The translations under genes and the position numbers were made by a program. DNA of 64,000 nt from Polyangiaceae bacterium (lineage in GTDB: Bacteria; Myxococcota_A; Polyangia; Polyangiales; Polyangiaceae). The stretch lies in the NCBI GenBank assembly GCA_044222475.1, contig JBGANF010000009.1, positions 1-64,000 on the forward strand, read 5' to 3'. The notes beneath the pieces are model-generated. The model searched no databases, was not told the DNA's origin, and saw nothing but the letters and a program-made list of their open reading frames with translations. Positions 19,918 through 31,286 of the stretch are shown in pieces; the stretch's first letter is position 1; every line of letters begins with the position of its first letter.

Positions 19918-20984
19918 GCATGCGAGCGGCCTACGAGATCCGCCTGCCGGGCGGGCGCGTGCTCAAGACGACGCCCGTGTTCGACACGTACTGGCGCTTC
20001 GCCTCGGAGCGGCAGGAGATGTTCATGCGTCGGGTGGTCGGCAGCACGCCGCCGTGGACGGATGACCCGATCCTCAGCGGGCACCGCTTCACGAACGCGT
20101 ACCGAGCGTCGGACCGCGTGAGCCAGTACCTGATCCGCCACGTGATCTACGACGGCTCGCAGAAGCCCGAGGAGGTCTTCTTCCGCACGATCTTGTTCAA
20201 GCTCTTTAACAAGATCGAGACATGGGAGAGCCTGAGCAAGAAGCTCGGCGCGCTGAGCTGGCGCCGTTTCTCGTTCGACGCTTATGCGACGGTGTTGGAC
20301 GGGCTGCTCAACGAAGGTGAACGCATCTATTCGGCCGCGTACATCATGCCGTCGCCGGCGTTCGGAAGCCCGCGCAAGCACCGAAACCACCTCCGGCTCA
20401 TCGAGCACATGATGGCCGACGGGGCGCCGAAGAAGCTCGCGAAGGTGGGCTCGCTCCGAGGAGCGTTCGAGCTGCTGCGCGGCTATCCGTCGCTCGGCGA
20501 CTTCCTCGCGTTCCAGTTCGCCATCGACATCAATTACAGCGAGCTCACCGATTTCTCCGAGATGGAGTTCGTCGTGGCGGGGCCCGGTGCTCGGGACGGC
20601 ATCAGCAAGTGCTTCAAGGACATGGCGGGCCTGAGCGAGGCCGACATCATCCAGGTCATGGCTGAGCGCGCGAGCGACGAGTTCGAGCGGCTGGGCATGA
20701 GGTTCCAGAGCCTCTGGGGCCGCAGCCTGCAACTCATCGACTGCCAGAACGTGTTCTGCGAGGTCAGCAAGTACGCGCGTGTTGCCCACCCGGAGATCGA
20801 GGGCGAGTCCGGTCGAACCCGCATCAAGCAGAAGTACACACCGCGCCCGGCCCCGGTCCCGCAGTGGTACCCGCCGAAGTGGTCGCTGAAGCTCGACGTG
20901 CCTGCACAGCCACTGTCGAGCCAAACGAGCACGACTCCGCGCCGGAGGAAGGCGCGGGCAGACGAAGAGGTGGCGAGGCCGTGA
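19905..20984 (+). CDS. 5-hmdU DNA kinase helical-domain (aGPT-Pplase1-like) DNA base-modification protein (alternative start 19920)
   Basis: ERQEMF, PWTDDPIL..RFTNAYRASDR, YSAAYIMP, GPGARDG, IDCQNVFCEVSKY. Confidence 0.8.
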   Translation: MDRLSMRAAYEIRLPGGRVLKTTPVFDTYWRFASERQEMFMRRVVGSTPPWTDDPILSGHRFTNAYRASDRVSQYLIRHVIYDGSQKPEEVFFRTILFKLFNKIETWESLSKKLGALSWRRFSFDAYATVLDGLLNEGERIYSAAYIMPSPAFGSPRKHRNHLRLIEHMMADGAPKKLAKVGSLRGAFELLRGYPSLGDFLAFQFAIDINYSELTDFSEMEFVVAGPGARDGISKCFKDMAGLSEADIIQVMAERASDEFERLGMRFQSLWGRSLQLIDCQNVFCEVSKYARVAHPEIEGESGRTRIKQKYTPRPAPVPQWYPPKWSLKLDVPAQPLSSQTSTTPRRRKARADEEVARP

Positions 20985-21078
20985 ACCGGTGTCTTCCGTC
21001 CGTCGCGCACGCGCCGACGTGCGCGCCTGCTCGGCCCGCCGCAATGTTCCTCGGCCTGCCACCCTCGGCGCGCCCTGG

Positions 21079-21111
21079 GCCAACGTGGGCGCCCTCGTGG
21101 CGCACGTTGGC
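21079..21111. terminator. GC-rich hairpin between convergent genes, possible terminator
   Basis: GCCAACGTG...CACGTTGGC stem with inner CGCC/GGCG; no U-tract. Confidence 0.35.
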
Positions 21112-21133
21112 GAGGCCGCCGGGGCGAGCGCCA

Positions 21134-21907
21134 TCAAGTCTCGCTTGGCCGTTGCCGTCGCCGACTGAGAGGCTCGGGCGCGCTCGCCTCGCGCGCCGAG
21201 CGCGGCACGATCCTTCGCGGAGCGCGCCGCCCGCTCATCGTCGGCGTCAGCTCGAAGACGAACGCGTTGCGAGGCGCATCGATGATGCCGGGGAGGCGAC
21301 GCGCGTCCTCGGGCAGCAGCTCGCGCTCGCGGACCTCGAAGCCGACCTCCTCGGCGAACCAGGGCGTCCCGCTGGCGGCATACATGCGGCCGACGCCGGT
21401 CTGGTACGCGTGCCGCACGATGAACTCGACGAGCGAGCGCCCGTGCCCCTGCCTCCGATGCGTCGACCGGACTGCGAGCGCTCGCAGCACCGCCGCGTCG
21501 CCGTACTCGTCGAGCACCACGACGCCCATGACGACGCGCCCGTACTCGAGGACGGCGCGCGTGCGCTTCCCGCCCGCAGGCTCCAGCCACAGCTCCAGCA
21601 CCGGGAACCACGTCGCCTGCAGCAGCACGTTGGCGGTCGGCTCGTCGCCGGGCGCGAGGTCGCGAAACGCGCGCCGCAGCGCCTTCGGCTCGTCGCTCAG
21701 GACCGAGTTGCGCGGCTCCGGCTTCGGCGGCTCCGGTGGCGGCCATGGCTCCCCACGGCGCTCGGCGCGGTGCTTCGTGCGCCACATGCCGAGCAGGGTC
21801 TCGGCGAGCACGCCGGCCACCTCGTCGATACGACGCTGCACGTCGGCGCGTCGTTCCTCGCGCTCGGTGTTCGCGGCGACATCTTCGGGCTGCGGGGTCT
21901 GGTCCAT
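21134..21907 (-). CDS. GNAT family N-acetyltransferase with N-terminal extension
   Basis: LRALAVRSTHRRQGHGRSLV acetyl-CoA-binding motif A; EEVGF. Confidence 0.75.
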   Translation of the reverse strand: MDQTPQPEDVAANTEREERRADVQRRIDEVAGVLAETLLGMWRTKHRAERRGEPWPPPEPPKPEPRNSVLSDEPKALRRAFRDLAPGDEPTANVLLQATWFPVLELWLEPAGGKRTRAVLEYGRVVMGVVVLDEYGDAAVLRALAVRSTHRRQGHGRSLVEFIVRHAYQTGVGRMYAASGTPWFAEEVGFEVRERELLPEDARRLPGIIDAPRNAFVFELTPTMSGRRAPRRIVPRSAREASAPEPLSRRRQRPSET

Positions 21908-22016
21908 GCGGACCACACAGGCTCGCTTCGCCGCGACAGTCCAGCGGGAACCGGGACGCCTCGCCCTCGCTCAACGTGTCCCGAGGGCACTCGATCCCGA
22001 GGCGGCGGACTCACGA

Positions 22017-22123
22017 TGGGACAGTGCGAAGCGGCGAATCTGTCCCAGCGCTCTCGGCGCAAGTTCTCGGAGTCGCAGCGCGAGCGCCTGCGTGGGTCAG
22101 TGCGAAGGTATGAATCTGTCCCA
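22017..22123. repeat. Two 31-bp palindromic direct repeats (22017-22047, 22093-22123)
   Basis: TGGGACAGTGCGAAGCGGCGAATCTGTCCCA versus TGGGTCAGTGCGAAGGTATGAATCTGTCCCA, 26/31 identical; TGGGACAG/CTGTCCCA arms. Confidence 0.85.
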
Positions 22124-22222
22124 AATGCGTTTACCGAGAGCGTTCGCAGGCAGCGCCGCACACGGAGCCACAGATCTCGTGCATGCAACGCCCCCGCCCC
22201 GGGGGTTCACGAGGCAGGGCCC

Positions 22223-22258
22223 AGAGAACGCCGAGGAAAGCCCTCGGCGTTTTTCTTT
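22223..22258 (+). terminator. Rho-independent terminator
   Basis: AACGCCGAGG-AAAGC-CCTCGGCGTT stem-loop followed by TTTCTTT. Confidence 0.7.
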
Positions 22259-22972
22259 GTGGTGCGCCGGGGGTGCCCGCGGAGGGGGTCTGCGGGGCGG
22301 TGTCTGGGGCTATCTCGGGCGAGAGAGCGGAGATGGTTAACGACCCCTGCTAACCCGGAGGTCGGCGCGTCCCGGCTTCCCGCCGCTCGGGGAGGCCGGA
22401 AGCCGAAGAAGGCCCTCCCTCGATTCGCGCCTCGTCGAAGTACCAGCGAACGATGGCCTCGGTTCTCCGTGAGCGTCACCCTCTTTGCTTGATGCGAGCG
22501 CGCTGGGTAGCTCTCGGTCTGATGCGCGACCTCAGCTCTTGGTGAAGGTCGACCGTCGCATCTTCGTGCCACAGCCGAACCGCGAGCCCGTACCACTGCT
22601 CCACGGCCTCGCCGTGCGGGAAGCGACGCTGGCAGCCGACCAGGATGTGAAGGGACGGGTCGGTCTCTCCTTCAAGCGCGGTCAGGTTTCGCGGCGACTG
22701 GTTCCACTCGAAGCGGCGAACCTGGAGCGTCGACCAGACTACCTCGCCCCTCGTCGGCCGAAGCCCGAGCACGTTCGTATCTGGAAGCGTCGGTGCCGGT
22801 GTGCCAGGTTCTTGCCGTCCCCGAAACGCGGCGATGCCCACCCACCAGCATCCATGAGATCGGACGAGGCTATCGGCAGGAACACGCGCGGACAAGAGTC
22901 AACGTCAGTCGAAAGCAGTCGGTTTCAGTCGCCCTGCGACAGGGCGTGTCGCAGGCCGGCGGATCGCTCCGT

Positions 22973-23380
22973 TCATCGGGCTCCCGCGTTCTGCTCGGCC
23001 CACGAAACGCGCCGAACCAGCCGACGGAGGCGACGCTCCGACACGGCATCCCGACCCCTTGCTGTCTCCGCGAACAACAGCCTCTCCTGGATCTCCGGTG
23101 CGAGCAGCGTCAGGTCCACGAGCTGTGTGATCCGCGCCCGCGTGAACCCCAGCGCGCGCGCCGCGTCGGCGAGATCGGCGAACGTCCCGTCGTCGATCAG
23201 CCGCACGATCTCGTGTGCGAGCGCGAGCATCCGCGCGACGTGCAGAGGCCTCGGCGCTGCCGACCCTTCGCGCGGGAACGGCGTCCGCGACAAGCGCACG
23301 GCGCGGGCGCGCTGACGGAAGAACGGCGCCTGCACGACGACGCCGTAGCGCTTCGCGTTCGCCCCCTCGTCCTCCCCCAT
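22973..23380 (-). CDS. Recombinase-associated HTH protein, paralogue of 162-626
   Basis: VARMLALAHEI..AARALGFTRARITQLVDLTLLAPEIQE..WAEQ aligns with 162-626; AAGGAGG RBS. Confidence 0.72.
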   Translation of the reverse strand: MGEDEGANAKRYGVVVQAPFFRQRARAVRLSRTPFPREGSAAPRPLHVARMLALAHEIVRLIDDGTFADLADAARALGFTRARITQLVDLTLLAPEIQERLLFAETARGRDAVSERRLRRLVRRVSWAEQNAGAR

Positions 23381-23472
23381 CAGCTCGCCTCCTTCATCGG
23401 CGTGCGCGCCTGCTTCGGCGCCGCGCCGACGAGCGCGATCCGCACCTGCTCGCGCTTCGCGTCGAGGACGAC
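23380..23472 (-). pseudogene. Remnant C-terminus of a second recombinase gene
   Basis: VVLDAKREQVRIALVGAAPKQARTPMKEAS* resembles VVVDEDKGTCRVELIDFGAASGTKEAA* at 1-165; its stop overlaps the paralogue start; in-frame stop immediately upstream. Confidence 0.5.
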
Positions 23473-23491
23473 TCACTCCGCGATCGGTGAC

Positions 23492-23944
23492 TCACATCGG
23501 CCGCAGCACCCGCGGCGGGCCGGTCCCGTCCCAGCCCACGATGCCATCCAGGATCGCTCGCAGCTTCTTCGCGCGCGCGCGGCCGAGCCCGGCCTCGAAT
23601 TTCTCGTGGAACGCTCGCGCCACCCGCAGCGCCTTCCGGCCGCGCGGCGCGAGCCGCAGGCGCTTGAGCCGCCCATCGACCGCGTCCTCGGTTCGCTCCA
23701 CGTAGCCTCGCGCCTCCATCTCGTCGACGATCTTCATCGCCCCCTGGTGCGTCATCCCGAGGCGGCGACCGAGCGCGCTCGAGGTCAGTGGCTCGGCGTC
23801 GAGCGCGCGGAACACGTAGCCGTACCATCGGCCGAGATCGCGGAAGCCCGATTTCTTCAGCTTCGCGTTCAGGTCGTCGACGAAGCTCATGTAGGCGAGC
23901 CCCAGGAGAACTCCAAGATCGATTCGCGTGCGTTTATTCACCAT
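23492..23944 (-). CDS. MarR family transcriptional regulator
   Basis: LGRRLGMTHQGAMKIVDEMEARGYVER..DGRLKRLRLAPRG. Confidence 0.92.
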   Translation of the reverse strand: MVNKRTRIDLGVLLGLAYMSFVDDLNAKLKKSGFRDLGRWYGYVFRALDAEPLTSSALGRRLGMTHQGAMKIVDEMEARGYVERTEDAVDGRLKRLRLAPRGRKALRVARAFHEKFEAGLGRARAKKLRAILDGIVGWDGTGPPRVLRPM

Positions 23945-23950
23945 GGTTGC

Positions 23951-23964
23951 TAAACCTAGGTTTA
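23951..23964. promoter_or_regulatory. Probable MarR operator
   Basis: Perfect 14-bp palindrome TAAACCTAGGTTTA between the divergent marR and cupin genes. Confidence 0.65.
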
Positions 23965-23988
23965 CTACATTCCCGAAAGGAACGCACC

Positions 23989-24349
23989 ATGCCTCTCATC
24001 TGCAAAGAAGACGCACCGATCTTCCAGCTCCCCGGCGCCCCCGGGGTCGTGTTCACCGGGCTCGTGTCGCCCAAGCGCGGCTCCACCGACGTGAGCGCGT
24101 GGCGCGTGCGGCTCGAGCCCGGCACCCCCGGCGCGCCTCACCGCGTCACGCGCGAAGAGGTCTTCGTCGCGATCGCCGGCGAGGCGCTCGTCACGATGCA
24201 CGGCAAGGAGCTCCGGCTCGCCGCGGGCGGAGCGCTCGTCGTGCCGGCGAACGTCGAGTTCAGCCTCGCGAACGCGTCGACCGAGCCGTTCGAAGCGGTC
24301 GTCGTGCTCCCGGTCGGCGGCCAAGCCGTCGTCGGCGAGCGCGCGCCGT

Positions 24350-24372
<23 letters not shown>
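23989..24372 (+). CDS. Cupin domain protein
   Basis: GAPHRVTREEVFVAIAG..VPANVEFSLAN; AAAGGA RBS. Confidence 0.85.
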
Positions 24373-27290
<2,918 letters not shown>

Positions 27291-27294
<4 letters not shown>

Positions 27295-27686
27295 GCCTCC
27301 CCCGCCGCGGGCTGCTCGTCGGGTCGCCACCTCCACGCGTACGCGACGATGAACAGCGTGCACGCCATCTCGACCACGGCGAAGAACACGTAGAACGGCT
27401 GGGGGCGTTGCCCGAGAAGCGACCAGGCGACGAACGCGGTGTGGAAGACACCCGCGGCGACGTTCGCCCAGCGGTTGGGACCTCGCTTCAGGATACGCGA
27501 CACGACGACCATCGCGATCGACGTCTCCATCAAGATCGCGAACACCAGCGCCGCCGTCGGCGTGACGGATGCCGTCTCCTTGAGCGCCGCCGGATTGAAG
27601 AACAGGCTGAAGACGTCGGCGTAGACGTAGTTGAGCACCGCAAAGATCCACAGCGTGGACAGCGTCGTCTTCCGGCTTTGGTCCAT
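27291..27686 (-). CDS. Small membrane protein (DUF6326-like)
   Basis: LSTLWIFAVLNYVYAD..NRWANV..YAWRW; four hydrophobic segments. Confidence 0.7.
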
Positions 27687-27782
27687 CTCTTCCTCGTCAC
27701 GTCGCGAATGCATCGGCGATGCCAGCGAGTTTCTCGCGAGGATTTGGACCGGCCGCTGCCGAGGAGTGCAAACCGTGCGCGG

Positions 27783-29318
27783 TCAGTGGCCCGCGTCGAC
27801 CGGCTTCCCGACCTCGCCTCGGCCCAGGAGGAAGACCAGCGGGAGGGTCGTGATGAGGAGCACCGCGGTCGCGAAGAACGTGTCGTTGAACGACATGACC
27901 GACGCCTGGATCGACGTCGCGCCGTTGAGCGCCACGATCGCCTTCGCCTTCGCCGTGGGGAGATCGTCGCCGCGCGCGAGGAATCCGGCCGTCGTCGCGG
28001 CGACGCGGCTCATCGACTGCGGGTCACCCGCCGTCATCTTCTCCGACAGCACCGCCTTGTGGAACACGATGCGCGCGCCGAGCATCGTCGACAGGAGCGC
28101 GACGCCGACGCTCCCCCCGAGCTGACGCGTGAGGCTGAAGAGGCCGGTCGCCTTGCCGACGTCCTTCTTCGGGATGACGCTCAGCGTCGCCATGTTGAGC
28201 GGCAGGAACATCATCACCGTGCCGAACTGACGGAAGATGAGCGGCCAGAACAGATCGCTCGCGCCGGTCTGCGTCGTGAGGCGCCCGAGCACGAACATCT
28301 GCGACACGAGGAGGAGCGCTCCGCCGACGAGGACGTACCGCGGATCGAACCGCCGCACGAGCTGCGCGCCGATCGGCATCGCCACGAGGCTCGACAGCGC
28401 GCCGGGCAGCAGCAGGAACCCCGTGTCCTGCGAGGTGTAGTGGAGGATGGTCTGCGCGAAGATCGGCACCGCGAAGAGCGCGCCGTAGAGAGCCATCCCC
28501 ACCGTGATCGAGAGGAGACTCCCCGACCACAGCGATCGGTACCGCAGCACGCGAAGGTCGACGACCGGCGACTCCGACGAGAGCGACCGACCGACGAAGA
28601 GGATGAGCGAGACGGCCGACACGACGGCGAGGAGCACGATGGTCTTCGACTCGAACCAGTCTTCCTCTTGACCGTTTTCGAGCAAGCCTTGGAGGCACCC
28701 GAGACCGACGGCGAGGAGACCGATCTCGACGAAGTCGACGCGCGCCTTCACCTTGCCCTTCTGATCCTCGTCCTCGGGGAGGAACGTGTTGCACATCAGC
28801 ACCGCGAGGATGCCGACCGGCAGGTTCACGTAGAAGATCCAACGCCAGTCGACGTTGGTCACCAAGTAGCCGCCCAGCGTCGGTCCGATCGCCGGCCCCG
28901 AGATCACGATGATCCCGAAGAACGCCTGCGCCATCGGCTGCTCTTCGCGCGGGAACGTCTCGAAGAGGATCGCCTGCGCCTTCGCGAGGAGACCGCCCCC
29001 CATGAGCCCTTGGAGGATGCGCGCGACGACGAGCATCGTGAGGCTCTGCGAGAGGCCGCACAGCATCGACGCAAGCGTGAAGCCGACGAGCGAGAAGATG
29101 AAGTACGTCTTCTTCCCGAAGCGATCACCGAGCCACGCCGCCATCGGCAGGATGATGACGTTGGCGACGGCGTAGCCAGACACGACCCACGTCACCTGAG
29201 CCAGCGTCGCGCCGAGCGAAGCCTGCACCTGCGGCAGCGCGACGTTGACGATGCTCGTGTCGACGATCTCGAGCAGCGCCCCGAGCGCGACCGCGATCGC
29301 GATGGCCCACTTGTTCAA
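27783..29318 (-). CDS. DHA2 family MFS efflux permease (EmrB-like)
   Basis: EIVDTSIVNVALP, ARILQGLMGG, GPAIGPTLGG, WRWIFYVNLP; TTG start after GAAGGA. Confidence 0.93.
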   Translation of the reverse strand: MNKWAIAIAVALGALLEIVDTSIVNVALPQVQASLGATLAQVTWVVSGYAVANVIILPMAAWLGDRFGKKTYFIFSLVGFTLASMLCGLSQSLTMLVVARILQGLMGGGLLAKAQAILFETFPREEQPMAQAFFGIIVISGPAIGPTLGGYLVTNVDWRWIFYVNLPVGILAVLMCNTFLPEDEDQKGKVKARVDFVEIGLLAVGLGCLQGLLENGQEEDWFESKTIVLLAVVSAVSLILFVGRSLSSESPVVDLRVLRYRSLWSGSLLSITVGMALYGALFAVPIFAQTILHYTSQDTGFLLLPGALSSLVAMPIGAQLVRRFDPRYVLVGGALLLVSQMFVLGRLTTQTGASDLFWPLIFRQFGTVMMFLPLNMATLSVIPKKDVGKATGLFSLTRQLGGSVGVALLSTMLGARIVFHKAVLSEKMTAGDPQSMSRVAATTAGFLARGDDLPTAKAKAIVALNGATSIQASVMSFNDTFFATAVLLITTLPLVFLLGRGEVGKPVDAGH

Positions 29319-29320
29319 GG

Positions 29321-30565
29321 TCAGTCCTTCGTCGAGACGTCGACGTCGACGTTCATCCCGGGGCGGAGCTCGACGTCCTTGGGCGGGTCGACGAGCTTGA
29401 TGCGAACCGAGACGCGCTGGACGACCTTGGTGAAGTTGCCGCTCGCGTTGTCGGCCGGGATGAGCGCGAAGCGGTTCCCGGCCGCGCCGGAGAAGCTCTC
29501 GACCTCGCCGCGGACGTGCATGCCGCCGTAGGCGTCGACCGTGACGTCCACGGCTTGACCAGGGTGCATCTTCGCGACCTGCGTCTCCTTGAAGTTCGCG
29601 GTCACCCACGGCGGAGTCGACGCGACGAGCTGGGCGACCGCCTGACCGGCCGAGACCATGCCTCCGACCGACACCGTGCGCTTCGAGACGACGCCGTCCT
29701 GCGGGGCGAGGATCTTCGTGTACGAGAGATCGATCAACGCGAGATCGCGCGCCGCCTTCGCGACCGCGACCTGAGCGCGCGCTGCGTCGGCGCGAGCCTT
29801 CGCCTGGGCGACGACGGCATCGACGTCGCTCGCTTGGGTGAGGCGCGCGGTCGCCTCCTGGACGCGCGACAGCGCTTGCTGCTGCGCCCCGCGGACCGCC
29901 AGCACGTGCGCCTTGGCTTGGCTGAGCGCTGCGATCGCCGTGTCGCGAGTGGACCGCGCTTGATCGAGAGTCGCCTGCGGGATCGAGCCCGACTTGAACA
30001 GCGCGTCGGTGCGCGCGAAGTCCGTCTCCGCCCGATCGGCGTTGGCCTGAGCCGACACGACCTGCGCCTCGGCTTCGGCGATCTGCTCCTTCGTCGCGCT
30101 CGCGCCGCCGGCCGCACCGGCCACGCCGGCCGCCGCCGCGCTCTTGTTTCCGACCGCGTTGGTCTGGGCAAGGCGCTCGTCGGCCTCGGCGCCGGCGGCG
30201 CTCGCTTGGGCGACGAGCAGGGCCGCTTCGGCCTGGGCGAGCTTCGCGCTGGCCGACGTCGGGTCGAGCTCGACGAGCACGTCACCAGCCTTCACCCGCT
30301 GGTTGTCGGTGAAGGCGACCTTGGCGACGATGCCCGACATGCGGGAGCTGACACCGACGACATCGCCGTCGATCTGGGCGTCGTCCGTCTTCTCGTGGCC
30401 GATGTGGGAGACCCACCAGTAGCCGCCCGCCGCGACCGCGAGGGCCGCGAGGACGAGGAAGATCGCGCGCCGCGGCGGCGCCTTCTTCACCGGTGCGGGT
30501 GCGACTTCGGCGGGCGTCGATTCGCCTTCCTCGGGCTTGGCGGCGACGGTGGCTCGGGCGGTCAT
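29321..30565 (-). CDS. HlyD/EmrA family membrane fusion protein
   Basis: TDDAQIDG, ANFKETQV, PADNASGNFTKVVQRVSV. Confidence 0.93.
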   Translation of the reverse strand: MTARATVAAKPEEGESTPAEVAPAPVKKAPPRRAIFLVLAALAVAAGGYWWVSHIGHEKTDDAQIDGDVVGVSSRMSGIVAKVAFTDNQRVKAGDVLVELDPTSASAKLAQAEAALLVAQASAAGAEADERLAQTNAVGNKSAAAAGVAGAAGGASATKEQIAEAEAQVVSAQANADRAETDFARTDALFKSGSIPQATLDQARSTRDTAIAALSQAKAHVLAVRGAQQQALSRVQEATARLTQASDVDAVVAQAKARADAARAQVAVAKAARDLALIDLSYTKILAPQDGVVSKRTVSVGGMVSAGQAVAQLVASTPPWVTANFKETQVAKMHPGQAVDVTVDAYGGMHVRGEVESFSGAAGNRFALIPADNASGNFTKVVQRVSVRIKLVDPPKDVELRPGMNVDVDVSTKD

Positions 30566-30589
30566 CTCTGGTCCTTGTCGCAACTGAGA

Positions 30590-30608
30590 GTAGCGTTTGG
30601 AACGCTAC
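30590..30608. promoter_or_regulatory. Probable TetR operator
   Basis: GTAGCGTT-TGG-AACGCTAC inverted repeat between emrA-like and the divergent tetR gene. Confidence 0.6.
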
Positions 30609-30671
30609 CACGACGGCACCTAAACGCAACGGGCGGTTGCGACAAGGAACGTTGCCCCCTATCTTCTGCTC

Positions 30672-31286
30672 GTGGTGCGAAGAAAGGTGAAGACGACGCG
30701 ACCCGGTGGACGCGCGGCGCGCGTCGTCGCCGCGGTGATCGACGCGACGATGAAGGAGATCGCGCGCGTCGGCTTCGCGGCGTTCCGCATCGAAGACGTG
30801 GCCGACATCGCCGGGGTCGCGAAGACGACCGTCTACCGGCGATGGCCGACGAAGGCTGCGCTGGTCGTCGAGGCGATGCGCTCCCTGCACGGCTCGACCG
30901 ACCTGCCGGACACCGGGACGCTGCGCGGCGATCTGCAGGCGCTCCTCGGCGAGCTCGTGCGCGGCGCGAACGCGACGTCGAAGCGCACCCTCGCCCGCGC
31001 GATGTTGGCCGCGGGCTCCGAGCCCGAGCTGGCGGCCGAGCTCGCCGCGTTCCGGCGCGAGCGCATGGGCCGCTGGCACACGGTGTTCGAGCGCGCGGTG
31101 AAGCGCGGCGAGCTCCCGCGATCGGTCGACGTGTCGCTCCTGACCGAGCTCCTCACGTCGCCGTTCGCGCTTCGCGTGCTGCGGGGAGACGCGATCGATC
31201 GCAAGAGCACCGACGCGCTGATCGAGATCGTGCTTTTGGGCGCAGCTTCGCCGCCTCAGAGGTATCGCCGAACCCGGGCGAGGTAG
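30672..31286 (+). CDS. TetR/AcrR family regulator
   Basis: IEDVADIAGVAKTTVYRRWPTK, PDTGTLRGDL. Confidence 0.92.
   Translation: MVRRKVKTTRPGGRAARVVAAVIDATMKEIARVGFAAFRIEDVADIAGVAKTTVYRRWPTKAALVVEAMRSLHGSTDLPDTGTLRGDLQALLGELVRGANATSKRTLARAMLAAGSEPELAAELAAFRRERMGRWHTVFERAVKRGELPRSVDVSLLTELLTSPFALRVLRGDAIDRKSTDALIEIVLLGAASPPQRYRRTRAR

Larger units (their letters stand above)
1..23472. mobile_element. Integrative defence island (BREX + TIR/nucleotide-modification cassette); left end lies outside the window, right end approximate
   Basis: Recombinase-like C-terminus plus associated HTH gene at the left; defence cargo in the middle; inverted paralogous module remnant at 22973-23472; ordinary chromosomal-type genes resume at 23492. 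Confidence 0.65.

Noticed and set aside
22017..22123. Two palindromic 31-bp repeats with a 45-bp spacer as a mini-CRISPR
   Set aside because: Only two imperfect copies, mismatches in the repeat centre, and no cas genes in the window; better explained as protein-binding sites
22476..22895. 139-aa minus-strand ORF
   Set aside because: No recognisable motif, no clear RBS and atypical codon use; it may be a decayed gene but I cannot support a call
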